DNA of 33,000 bases, from positions 341,001 through 374,000 of the forward strand of contig RDEW01000003.1 in assembly GCA_011109175.1 (NCBI GenBank). Reading direction: 5' to 3'. The stretch comes from Dicyema japonicum. Its lineage: Eukaryota; Animalia; Dicyemida. A program made the translations under genes and the position numbers. Under the pieces are notes generated by a model. That model saw only the letters and a program-made list of their open reading frames with translations. It was not told the DNA's origin and ran no database searches. Positions 22,240 to 32,881 of the stretch are shown piece after piece; within the stretch, counting starts at the first letter, position 1, and every line of letters starts with the position of its first letter.

Positions 22240-22700
22240 CAGCTGTCTCGATAACAATTGAGCGCAACGTGAACCGGTCGTGAAGACCTTGTCAGCATGA
22301 CATGACTAGAGCCCCAACACCTTTAGCTCTCTAGCCAATAAGTCGTAATTGTGGGACTTTATACTTCGACGAGTTAGCGATTCCATTTCAATGATTATTC
22401 TTAATTTTTTCACTCACAAAAATATCAGATTTATTACATTGAACCCGGGTCTCTGTCATTATTGAAATTTCCACCAGAATTTCAACCCTCTGACAATAGA
22501 GTTGACAGAGTGTGTCTTAGACTTTTCGATGAAATACACTCTGCAAATGTCCCCTTTCAAATTTAGTTCAATTACACCTGTCTCATGTGATGACAGGATA
22601 GCATTGATCTCCCCAACTCCAGTTGAGGGATTCCTATAACTTCATGTTCTTCCATTTCAGCTGTTTCTGGATCAACCCACGTGTGATATCGATAGGTATC
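22240..22700 (+). pseudogene. Possible L capping-domain fragment (endogenous viral element)
   Basis: YYIEPGSL (compare VSV WFVEPDSKL), HSANVP and DSYNFMF (compare NFDFLFQ) occur in the expected order; heavily degraded. Confidence 0.4.
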
Positions 22701-22799
22701 CGCTTCTGTGACAGTGAGAAAATAATACATTTAATTTTCCCTTAACTTCTATCTCGCTAACATGATTGTAACAAATCATGTGGAACCCGAGAGAATGAC

Positions 22800-23060
22800 A
22801 ACAAGGTCATCTTCCTCCACTTGTCTTTGTCATAAACAAGATTCCGTAGTCCATACAGATACTCTCCCTCCCATGGACGTCTCCAAATCCTTTGGAGGTC
22901 TCCGCTGAGGACCAACGGGAGGGTTGCCCTCGGTCGTCCATGGAAAGAAGAGGGTCAAAGGCGAACAAGTCCAGCCTCATGCCCACGTTAGCTGAGGCCT
23001 TAAGGTTCATTCTCAGAACGTATCCGAATGTCTTCACCTAGCTTTTGTGGTTTCGATCTA
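22800..23060 (-). mobile_element. 3' end fragment of an RTE-like LINE
   Basis: FGYVLRM...GRPRATLPLVLSGDL...LRNLVYDKDKWRK across a frameshift. Confidence 0.65.
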
Positions 23061-23429
23061 GATGGGGGAATACCTCATCCTATCGTTTACAGTTCTTGGA
23101 ACGATATTGTTAGGTAAAGAGTCAAACTTTTTTGCCATCTTATCTGACCTACGTTGTACAATAACACATGTTGACCAAAGTGTTTATAAGCTTAGTCGCC
23201 TTTCGTGTCCAGCCTTTGTATATTATTTAGATTTTTTTAAATTAAAATTAAAAAAATATAGAAAATGACTTTTTTATAAAAACTAAAAACTCCGTTTTTT
23301 ATTTATAAAATTAGAAAGCTCCCAAAAAGTTGAGAAATGCTGACATATAAGCTAAAGTGTGGAATGTTTAGCCCGGAATCCATGTTGGAAAAGAAAGAGC
23401 AGGATGTAGTCTTTGAAGACCCACAGCAA

Positions 23430-23660
23430 CATACCTAACGTCCCTGTGCCAGCTCATTGCGGAGGGATTCAATTCCACTAAACCAACCAACAGTCTTGGT
23501 CTCTGTTGATATAACAAAGGCTTTCGACACAGTCTCAAGAAAACTCCTTACTGAGAAAATTTACGATACATGCATCCACCCAAACATAAAACTATGGATT
23601 GCCAACTTCTTAAGTGGGAGACGTGGACAAGTGATTTGCAACAACATAAAGTCAAAATCC
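23430..23660 (+). mobile_element. LINE RT fragment (domain 3 region)
   Basis: TVLVSVDITKAFDTVSRKLL...WIANFLSGRRGQV. Confidence 0.85.
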
Positions 23661-23990
23661 GGATTTTTCAAAATTCTTTTCTAAATCAACCAAATTAAAA
23701 TAAGCATCCACATCTTTCATCATGCACGCCAGAGTCTCTTCCTCTTTTGCCAACAGCTTCAAATCATCGATGAATAAGAATTGAGTCGTAGAAAAAGTAA
23801 AACAATTAGATTCAGCAGTATTTATATAAATACTCGGGTATTTTGCAGACAACATTCTGCTTAGTGGATCCAAGACAAATACAAATAATTGAAACGATAG
23901 AGTCACCTTGGAATATGCCACGTTAAATATTAATGTTTTTCCGCAGCCTTAATGACACAAGCCAGTTTGGAATAATAGACTGTTTTACAG
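23661..23990 (-). mobile_element. Non-LTR RT fragment of a different family (R4/R2-superfamily-like)
   Basis: RGIFQGDS...LFVFVLDPLSRML...FLFIDDLKLLAK. Confidence 0.8.
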
Positions 23991-24109
23991 AACTGAACAA
24001 AATTAGGATCAAAAAATTTATAGAATTCGAAAAATTCAAATTTCAATAACGATAATGAATGGATAATATTCGTAGGATCTGGAAATTATTATAGTTACAT
24101 TGCGAAGGT

Positions 24110-24317
24110 TAACATTGCCAAGGATTTTTTGTGTGTTCCACTCGCCGTTGAGACGTCTGGTTCCCTTGCGCCTGCGACGCTGGAATTCTTGAGTCGTCTA
24201 GGGAATCGGATCGCTACACGAAAAAGAGACCCTCGTGAGCGCTGCTGGTTATTTGAACGAATCTCGCTCGCTTTCCTGAGAGGGAATAGCCACGCAGTCA
24301 GGGCAGCTTCTATATAA
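24110..24317 (+). mobile_element. CRE-like retrotransposon 3' end
   Basis: VPLAVETSGSLAPATLEFLSRLGNRIA...WLFERISLAFLRGNS. Confidence 0.85.
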
Positions 24318-24899
24318 CCGTTACTCTATTTTCTATCTTAAATAAATTATTGCTTAATAAATTGCAATTTTAGAGTAATTTGCAGCATTGAAGATTCAAA
24401 TAAATTACAATTTATAATGAAATGCAATAATTTGCAAGACTAGAAAAATTATTTAAATATATCATACGCCAAATATAGACTATTTAGGATTTTGTGCTTT
24501 TTAAATATTTGTATACAATTCAAATATGTTTTAAATGCTACGAGTATTTTGTATATTTACATGAAGTTCGTTCATGTAACAGCGACGATTTCCGTCTACT
24601 TTTATTTGTCATTAAAGAAATATTGGAAATGTCAATAATTCTCCATAGAATCATTAATTAGGGAAAATATATTTTTTTATTTATTGGGTTTTAATTTTTC
24701 TTGTTCAATTCTATATAATGTCAGTATTTCATAGTTCCTTAGATTTGAGCTTTAGAACTGGTTTTTCCGAAGGCCTTCAGAGTTTAACTTTCTCGTTTAT
24801 GATGTGGGCATCATCCGTCTCTGGCTGGGAGAGAAGTTCTGGATATCTTTGCTCCGCCTTGAAACTTCACCTCCAAAATCCTATAGTACCCTATTTACA

Positions 24900-25323
24900 A
24901 CGTGCAAGAGGCACTATTCATTGAAACCTAATATTTCTCTCAATAACACAGTAATTCCCATGTTACACACAAATATACTTGGAGTGACACTCGACCAGGG
25001 ACTCTCATTCGCAAAATGTGGATAACCGGGTAACGGCCGTACTGAAGAGGATGACGATATTAAAAGTTGTTACCAAGGCTCTCAGAAGTGAAGCTGGATG
25101 CCTTCAGATGATCTACAAACAGTTTGCCCAGCCGACTTTGGTCTATGCAAGTAATATCTCCAGACGAACAGGAGATATGAGCCGAAGCCCTGCCCTTTTA
25201 GAAGGGCAATTCTGTACGCCCGTCCCCGGCGGACCCAGGTCCCAAGTCTGGGATCACTTAGTTGGTTAAGAACTTTCTTTATTCTTTTAACCCGGTGATC
25301 CTGACACAATAATAATAATATAA
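24900..25323 (+). mobile_element. LINE RT thumb-region fragment followed by a possible element 3' end with a (TAA)n tail
   Basis: LGVTLDQGLSF...KRMTILK...YKQFAQPTLVYAS; aataataataatataa at about 25308-25323. Confidence 0.7.
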
Positions 25324-25829
25324 GCTTGAAATCGGAGTTTTAATTTGAAAATATTATGGAAATTACATCTGGTCTACACATAACGGCGCGCTTGTAAACT
25401 AAATTTGAATCTAAATCGATAAAATTTTATTTTTTTAAAAAATTAAATCTAAAAAAATATATAAAAAATATTCAATCATATTTTCAGACAGTTGCATTAA
25501 AAAACACTGATTGTGATAAGTGCCAAAGAAGAAAAAGCTAAGTCCATGCATTTACCCTCTTAACCGGTTAGTTACCATGGCTGCATTTTACTCCAAAAAT
25601 AAAGAGGATCAACTCAATTTATAAAAGCCATAAATGGTTAATCGAATGGAATACTATTAAAATAATGGGGTGATAGTATTTATTTGTGATTATTGATTGA
25701 CACCGTTTTAGACAACACACCTTACATCAAACGAAGCGTTGTTAAAATACAGCAATTAAGATTGTAATTTGTCTTATTAATGATTTTTGTTCAGACATGA
25801 AATACTTGTTAACACCTGATAGTTGTGGT

Positions 25830-26060
25830 TGACACGTGGATTTATGTTTGTATCTGTACAGGATTGGACAATCGTCCTCTTCAATATGTCCATCATGCTT
25901 TCTTGACGACCAGAAGACGGTCACCTCTTTCTCTTGTCCGGTCCACCTACAGAATAAAATACATCTGTCTGATATCTGGGAGCGTCCCCTCTTGGCTGTG
26001 ACGTTTTTGTTAACTACCGGTTATCTTAACTCGAAGGGACCGGGGGTAAATAAATAAATT
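25830..26060 (+). mobile_element. LINE C-terminal cysteine-motif fragment (3' end)
   Basis: YLYRIG.SSSICPSC....T...FSCP....DIWERPLLAVTFL, ending in taaataaataaa. Confidence 0.7.
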
Positions 26061-26106
26061 GAACACCTGAGAAATAAATAAAGATATTATGACAATTAGT
26101 AAATAT

Positions 26107-26654
26107 TTAACTATCACTGCAAGTGCTCTGGTGAGTCTTCAGGAGTGAAGCACGTGAGAATGAACGGTCACAGGTTTTGCAGACATGTTTTCTAACTTGG
26201 GAATGTATTTGGGTATGGGCTCTCAAATTTGATTTATCCGCGAAAGCTTTCTGGCAAATTGAGCATTTGTAGGGCTTTTCCCCTGTGTGAGTCCTCATGT
26301 GTCCCTGCAACAGCCAAGGCCGAGAAAACTGTCTCTTGCAAATTTCGCAGACGCAAGGAAGAGTGTGAGTTTGAATGTGCATTTTTAGGGCATTTTTATG
26401 GTTGTACGTTTTTCCGCAGAAATTACATTTGAAGAAACTTTCGTATTTTAAAAATCTCGAATCTCCCCTTCTTCAAAAACACGCAAGGAAGGCGGCTCGT
26501 TCGGAGTCGAAAGGATGGTTTCGATGCTCCAGGAAATATTCTTCATTGGTTTTGGTTTCTGGTCTTTTCTCTGGGAGTTAATCTGATTCATAAAGTTGTG
26601 ATACAAACAACTCTGTCGTCTCAAAAATTCAAAGTAAATCAAAAGTTCGTACAT
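26107..26654 (-). CDS. snail: Snail-family C2H2 zinc-finger transcription factor; frame break near 26440-26482; start codon uncertain (26654 or 26591)
   Basis: Fingers [55 protein letters not shown]...[10 protein letters not shown] are diagnostic of Snail ([15 protein letters not shown]). The N-terminal ORF joins via a 20-nt GT-AG intron or a 1-nt homopolymer correction. Confidence 0.9.
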
Positions 26655-28199
26655 TCCGCAGTAAAATCAACGTAAAGTCAAATATATGCGCTGTGAGATA
26701 CGCCTTTAGACAAACTAATTGAAAATCTAAAAAAGATATTTTATTAATTATTTTCTAAGACAAATCTGGTTTTTAATTTAAATGTTGTGACAGTTGTTAC
26801 TTTAATATCTTAAAACCACTTTAGAAGACATTAAAATCACTTGAAATTGACATTTTCTCCAAAATTTCAAAGAAAGCTAAGTATTAGAATTTTTCTCACA
26901 AATTCGGTGTTATTTTTTAAATTCCATGTATTTGAGTGTTTATGCCACACATCATCCTCCAGTACAAGTTATGTTAAAGTACAGAAGCAGATGTTCTACT
27001 TATTACTACAATTAATTACTCTGTAACTACAATTATGTCAATCAATTGACTGTGCTCCCTTCCCCCTGACCAAATCTACTGGGTAAGGTTCCAATTATTA
27101 AAACTCTCCCCCCTGATGTTCCCGGTGGTAAGAAGTGCGGTGAAAATTGAAGATGGATTTATCTTCGGAAGCCTGTAATGGACTATTGGAGGATGGAATT
27201 GGTCGGCACAGCAGACGTTCTCCCTTGGGTTCATTCCTTGGATTATTAGTTGTGACTGTTTGTACTGGGCTTACCAAATACTGTAAGCCTGGGTTAATCA
27301 ATAAATTGTTGGTAAGGAAGGACGTGCAGGAACACGGAACATACAGGAGGACGTGAAAGTATCCTAGTGGTGTCCAGATGGCACCTAACGAAATCGAAAG
27401 AGAACTTTTCGATCCACTCCACTGAGGACATTCTCCTTCACATGATGTTCAATGTGTCGGGATCACATTATTGGTTAGCTTGGTTTTACCATGGTCTTCG
27501 GTTTTCATATCATTTCCGCTGATTAGGTCATCGGTTAAATGGTCGAAAGGTTTAATTGGCTTTAGCGTCCCCCTAGCAGAGCTAATCTCAGGTCCCCGTT
27601 CTTCCAATGCGCGGAATCCGATGTATTCAGAAGACTTCGAGTTCACGAAGTTTCCAAAACCGCTGCCTATGTCCCCATTTTGAATCCCGTTCAGGTGCAA
27701 CCTGGGGGATCTTGGATAGACAACATTTGATTGAAATATTTTGAAGAAAGATGACTGTCCACGGATACGCTCATGTCAGTAGACACCTTAACTAATAGGA
27801 ATTTCGACTTTCGTGATAATCGAATGGGAGTTGTTTGCCTACGGGAAGTTTTCAAATCCTACGTCTCCAGAATACACCGAGGATTCCACCAATTAGAAGA
27901 ATAGGGACTTGAGATTGGAAAACGAACTTATTAGATCATCTCTCCACAGATTAAATATATTCAAAATTGCCGATCACATCAATTTACAGTTCAGTCGATG
28001 TTGCAACAAACACATTTATCCAAAATGCTTTTTAGGGAGAATAAGTTGGTCTGTTCGCTACAAACGTAGGCGGTTTACTCCACGAGCAGGAGACCCACGT
28101 TTTTATTTGTCAAATAAATATTTAATATTAAATTTTTATTTTACTTTTAGGGAAAAATTTTGAATATTAGCTTTTTAACTAAAAAATACAAAGAGTTGA

Positions 28200-28345
28200 G
28201 AAAAAATATCCTTTTTTATCCCGGCCAGCCCTGGACGTCTCCCGATACTGGTGGATCACAGAGGAATGAGAAATCTTAGATGCCGGTGTGGGAATCGAAC
28301 TCCCAACTAATAGCCACGAGTAACAGCAGTAACCACTATGTTGAA
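28200..28345 (-). mobile_element. tRNA-derived SINE, family 2-related
   Basis: catagtggttactgctgttactcgtgg...gagttcgattccc; head homologous to 10720-10782. Confidence 0.7.
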
Positions 28346-28689
28346 CTATCAACTGAGGATTTGGTGATTTAAAAATGATTTCAATTTCGTTCACTCAGGT
28401 AGACTTGTTCTGTAACAACGAGGTGGGCGTCCATTTGGAGTGTCGCAATATGACTCTGAGACATCGGTTCTATATTACCTCCAATTTGTTCTGCGCCGAT
28501 TGCGAGAGCCGGACTATTCACGGCGTAAAAATGTAATCGATCCTTGAAAAAAATGAATTGTTTGTTTATACATTTCAACGACTGAATGAAAGACACTTGA
28601 AAGTGCGAAAAATCCCTCAGTAATCTCATCTTCTTTTGGATCCTCTAAGCTATCGGTCCATAAGATGTGTTAATGAGACAACCAGATTA

Positions 28690-28880
28690 AAGGACAATAT
28701 ATACCATGGGCTCTTCGATTGGTTCACGTTCCGCTAGTTGCTATCGAGACAACTGGAAGGATAACCAAAGTGTCTTTGTCTTTCGTCAATACCCCGAGAC
28801 GTTTGAATACTCTCAGAAGTCATGATATCCTTGAAGCCTAGTGGCTTCTCCAGCTGATCTCGATTCAAGAAAGAGGATAA
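28690..28880 (+). mobile_element. Diverged CRE-like 3' end fragment
   Basis: VPLVAIETTGRI...D..EA*WLLQLISIQERG. Confidence 0.55.
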
Positions 28881-29039
28881 GAGTTATCGTCTAAATTAAG
28901 AGATTCCTGTGTCCATACCAAGCTTCCTTGTTTGGTTGGTCTTGGAATCCTTAATTAATCTCCATAAAAGAGAAGGTTCCTTCTCCCATCTTGTGGAGAC
29001 CTCCAGATATAATCAGAGTTCTGACCCAGGGGGATGTTC

Positions 29040-29450
29040 ATGAGACTAAGTTATATTGGTGAAGTCTAGTTGGTCTTGAAGTAATCAAAGATTGGCGCGA
29101 CATTCAACAAGATTGGCGCGACATTCAACGTTTGCGGACGACTGTTTCGAGAATCTCAATAATAGACTAAGGCATCGGTTACGTATCACCCCCAACAAGG
29201 GAGGCAATCCATAGTGCACAATTGGAGATCAATCGTTAGAACCTTATAAATGTCCTAAAAATGTGAAAAAAATTAAGGAGCAAAGGATCATTTTCTCTCC
29301 CCAATTCCACTGGAGGGGTTCCCACAAGTGCGAGGAATAGACGTCTTCCACCTTTTATGCAGGTCCTGGGTAAATTAGTATGACATTGGAAAGACTCTGT
29401 TTCTGTGACAATGGGAACTGGATACACTTAATTAGTTGTTAACTTCTTTC
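29040..29450 (+). pseudogene. Putative endogenous viral element: L fragment after motif D
   Basis: KIGATFN/FADDCFENLNNRL...SLPNSTGGVP; homologous to 12890-12930 and 2210-2250. Confidence 0.55.
29088..29129 (+). repeat. Perfect 21-bp tandem duplication
   Basis: aagattggcgcgacattcaac, two copies. Confidence 0.95.
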
Positions 29451-29639
29451 TCAGTGTATCCTCGGTTAGTGACAGCAGATGACAGAATTCTCCAACGTAA
29501 TGTTAAAATTTGTAATTTAGCATACTACTGACGCTCTTTCATTTGATGTCTTTAAAAAATTATAAGGGGTTTAATATAAAATGATGATACCCTCTCAAGA
29601 TACCTCGATTCATCTAATTTATGCTTTTATGATTTCTTT

Positions 29640-29965
29640 ATGCTAACAGGGCTGAAGGCGTAGCTATAGAAATGTCTACTTGGATTATGTTGAATGAAGT
29701 TCCCTGTCCCCGTTCTTCTCAGAAGCATGACGAGGTGACGATTATTTGAAGTTCTAAAGTAAGGAAGTGGGATGAAGTGTTTTGGTTCAAAAACTTGGAG
29801 GGTTGAAAAACCAATTTTTCTAGTTTTTTTAATTCTTCATAAATCCACGCCACTAGAAAATACAAGTACGACGGGGATAGAGTCCCAAGAGATCCTCGCT
29901 ATCAGTTTTACTGTGACTATCTTATCTAATAACCCCCGAATATTCTGGAAAGAGGTTAAGAATTA
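29640..29965 (-). pseudogene. Putative endogenous viral element: L post-RdRp fragment (divergent copy)
   Basis: LFPEYSG...LIARISWDSIPVVLVF...VMLLRRTGTGNFIQHN, matching the M..RR.T..FI.H motif of the other copies. Confidence 0.55.
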
Positions 29966-29989
29966 ATTAACGTATAAATAAGGTACATC

Positions 29990-30215
29990 TGGTTCCCACG
30001 GTCAAAATGAGATGAGTCCTCCTTAAATACCCGCCTTTGTAGGAATCCCCAATGGAGAGATCCCTTTCAAATAGTGGCCAAACACTGGGCTTGTCTTGAG
30101 AAAAGGGATATACCTCTTGGAAGTGAAGAGGAATCCTTCAGCCAGGTAGGTAGCGATGTGGAAACTGAACCCACAGCTAATCGCGTCTAGTGTGACGGGA
30201 CTAACCACTTTACTG
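29990..30215 (-). mobile_element. tRNA-derived SINE, family 2
   Basis: agtggttagt...gattagctgtgggttc...gaaggattcct is shared with 10685-10782; the 3' boundary is approximate. Confidence 0.7.
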
Positions 30216-30358
30216 GTGGTACCAATGAGTCCACGTCGACCCCCAACCGCAAATATAACACAAACTATCCCCCATTAGTGATTCCTACCTAACACATCGA
30301 ATTTGTAATTGACTTATTAAAGTACAATAATTAAATTAAACATCGATCTAACAAACAG

Positions 30359-30989
30359 TCATTCAGTTCTGATTGATTCAATAACCTGCTCCACAGTTCG
30401 CACAAAATCAACAAAATTGGAATCCAGAAGACAGGCCTTTATAAAATTCTCTACATTGCCCACTTTACTACCATTGGTGGTCTCGCCGTACATTTTCTCC
30501 TACAATGAATCCTCCCAAACCTCCATATTTTCGACAAGCTTCTTGTAATTTATCTGTGGGATATTTTTAACATCGCAGATAAAATAGTTTTGTATGTAGT
30601 CGTTTATTTTGTCGCAGATTTCAATTCCCGACTTTGTAGGGAGGGACTTAAACTGTACTTTGAACCGCCTGGTGTTGTCCTATGGTTAAAAAGTCAGCTT
30701 TCCTTTTCCTTCATGGAGAACAGTATGCAGTCTTCTTTTTTCAGAACTTTAAGAGATTCACCGGAATGACGCAAAGTTAAAGATTCCTATATTTTAGCCA
30801 TTTTTACTAGAATCGTTTCGTTGTTTGTTATTTGAATGAGGCTGTTTTTTCTTATTTCCAACCGCAAACTTGAGGTTTTTGTTGACTCGATGATCTATTG
30901 ATAACATTCAAAGTTACTGTCCAATCCGACTTTTGGCTATCGGATAACTGCTGATATGCGTATTTTAGAAGACAAAAGTGGTTTTCCAT
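30359..30989 (-). CDS. REC114: Meiotic recombination protein REC114 (about 180 aa; introns 30895-30917, 30787-30807, 30680-30702 [GA-AG], 30500-30520)
   Basis: The spliced product has LLKYA..., SDW, ESLKVLKKEDCILFSMKEK|DNTRRFKVQF (human WLKIVRRVDCLLFGTTIKDKSRLFRVQF) and C-terminal ACLLDSNFVDFVRTVEQVI (human LCLMDQNFPAFVEEVEKEL). All exon lengths are multiples of 3. The ORF track misses this gene. Confidence 0.88.
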
Positions 30990-31405
30990 TTGTCGATTTT
31001 TCCCTCCTAAATTCAAATTATTAATAAACTTTAAATATTTTACTTTATAAAAATTTATCATAAATTTATATAAATAATTTTTAAATAAACCGACTTTTGT
31101 GATTTAAATAAATTTGCATGAATTATTTAAGAACACTAGATTTGTTAGCCGAGAGGTTGATTGGTCCTGAGGTTACGTACCTTTATTCCATGAGACTCCT
31201 GTTTGGTCGTATGTATGTGTCACGATAACTCGCGGATAAATGGACGGATTTTAATTAAAAAAAAGTTTTGAACAAATAAAAACATTTCCGAAAAAGTGAG
31301 TGAACAGGTATGAAGAATTGAGTTTCTGGAAATTTCGATCAATAGCATCCTGTCAAGTGGCGTGACCTTCAATGCTAGTTTCCAAAAACTTTCAACTTTA
31401 ATAGA

Positions 31406-31710
31406 GGCATAGTGGTTAGGTGTCGGGCAAAGTGGCTTAGGTTACGGGTTCGATTCTCGATGCTCACCTGGTAGAAGGTTCCACGCATCTACGATGGTAA
31501 AAAGGGCTCGACGAGTGACGCCGTCATCAGTGGATATTCACTGCGGAACTTAGATAGTCTAAAAGGACACACACCCAAGAAAAAGAAAACAAAGAAGTGA
31601 AGAGTATTCCTTGATCCTCCCTCGATTAGCTACTATAACTGTTCTTTGCTTAAAATAAAGTGTGTTCTGCCTGTGGGGACCGATAACTGATGTGGCTCCT
31701 CAGAAAGTGG
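31406..31710 (+). mobile_element. tRNA-derived SINE, family 1 (most complete copy)
   Basis: A box TAGTGGTTAGG, B box GGTTCGATTC; body highly similar to the reverse complement of 10190-10489. Confidence 0.85.
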
Positions 31711-31929
31711 GAACATAATTATTTCAACTTAAATCATTTATAGGTACAAGATCCCAGAGATCCCGGAGATGGGGGACAACGGGAGACACTCCACGTGGGT
31801 AAAAAATAAAAACTTGATTTTTTAAACTGCTTATTTAAACACGATTTTTACAAATTCAATGATAAAATACTTATTTCAAGTCTCCCAAGCACAGAAGAGA
31901 TTTAGCGTCGCTTGTCAAATAATCAAGCT

Positions 31930-32780
31930 CGCAACAGACCACGTGCACAGCTGTCTAGCGATGTATGAAAGCCCTTGTCCCTCTTCTCATGAACATGGAC
32001 AAGATGATGGAATTGAGGGACATCATATACCGAAGTTCTGAACAGAGGGAGTGTCGGATGCACTTAGGATTCATGTTCGAATATTGTCCTGCTCAAAATT
32101 GTGAGAACTTGAAAGATCATCTCTCTGAAGACCACCTATAGGATAAAAGTTAATGTGCCTCAAACATGTTGCTAATATTCAGGAACTCTAGACACTGATT
32201 ATTTGATACGGATAAAGCTGCATCCCTTAGCTCTCCTCTATCTAGTATCTTTTAGCTTCCCCCATAGTTTATGCACATTGTGAGACCAGAGGGCAAACGA
32301 TTACATAGTCATAAAGGTCATTAGTGCAAGATGGTCATGTCCTCGGGACATTAGACCAATTAGAACATTCTTTCATATGACCCAGGATGAGTAGGAAGGT
32401 CAAATGGTTGTTTGACAATGTCTGGTCGACAACACAGACACCACAAAGGTAAACCGTATATGTTCATGTCTCTAGCAGTCTTCATGGTTCTATCCCTCCC
32501 TGTCTACTTTGCTTAAGGTTTTCTTTCCCATTCAATTATCGTGGCTTCGCGTGGTCCGTCCGTATCGCCAAGTCCCAGATAGCATCGAAAAGGATCATTA
32601 ACTCTCCCCAACTATTGGAGAGGTTCCCACATCTGTTGTTCTGGATAGACTTCTGTAGATGGAAGAACCGTGACAGTGGGAGCCGCGTACACTTAATAGA
32701 TGTAAGTACTTCTTTCTCGGTTGATGTATACGTTGGTTAAAAGCACCCCCATGTTTCCATATTAATACTTAGGGTTTCAC
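31930..32780 (-). pseudogene. Putative endogenous viral element: longest co-linear L fragment (motif D to post-RdRp)
   Basis: In order: METW, LSRFFH...NNR, LPTHPG, LMSRGHDHL, ILSASDTPSVQNFG, SMFMRRGTRAFIH. This matches L ETW / SR.F / LP..LGG / RG.xD / ASDP..N / SP. Confidence 0.65.
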
Positions 32781-32881
32781 TTGTACCGTACTCCTAATAT
32801 CCGACCTCCCACCTGGGAGGGGTTTAACGAGTTCACCCGGTCAGAGTAGGACGTATCCTTTTCAAGTATCCGAAATTGTTG

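Noticed and set aside
31406-31480. SINE heads as functional tRNA genes
   Set aside because: A and B boxes are present but there is no complete cloverleaf, and they continue into a shared repeat body.
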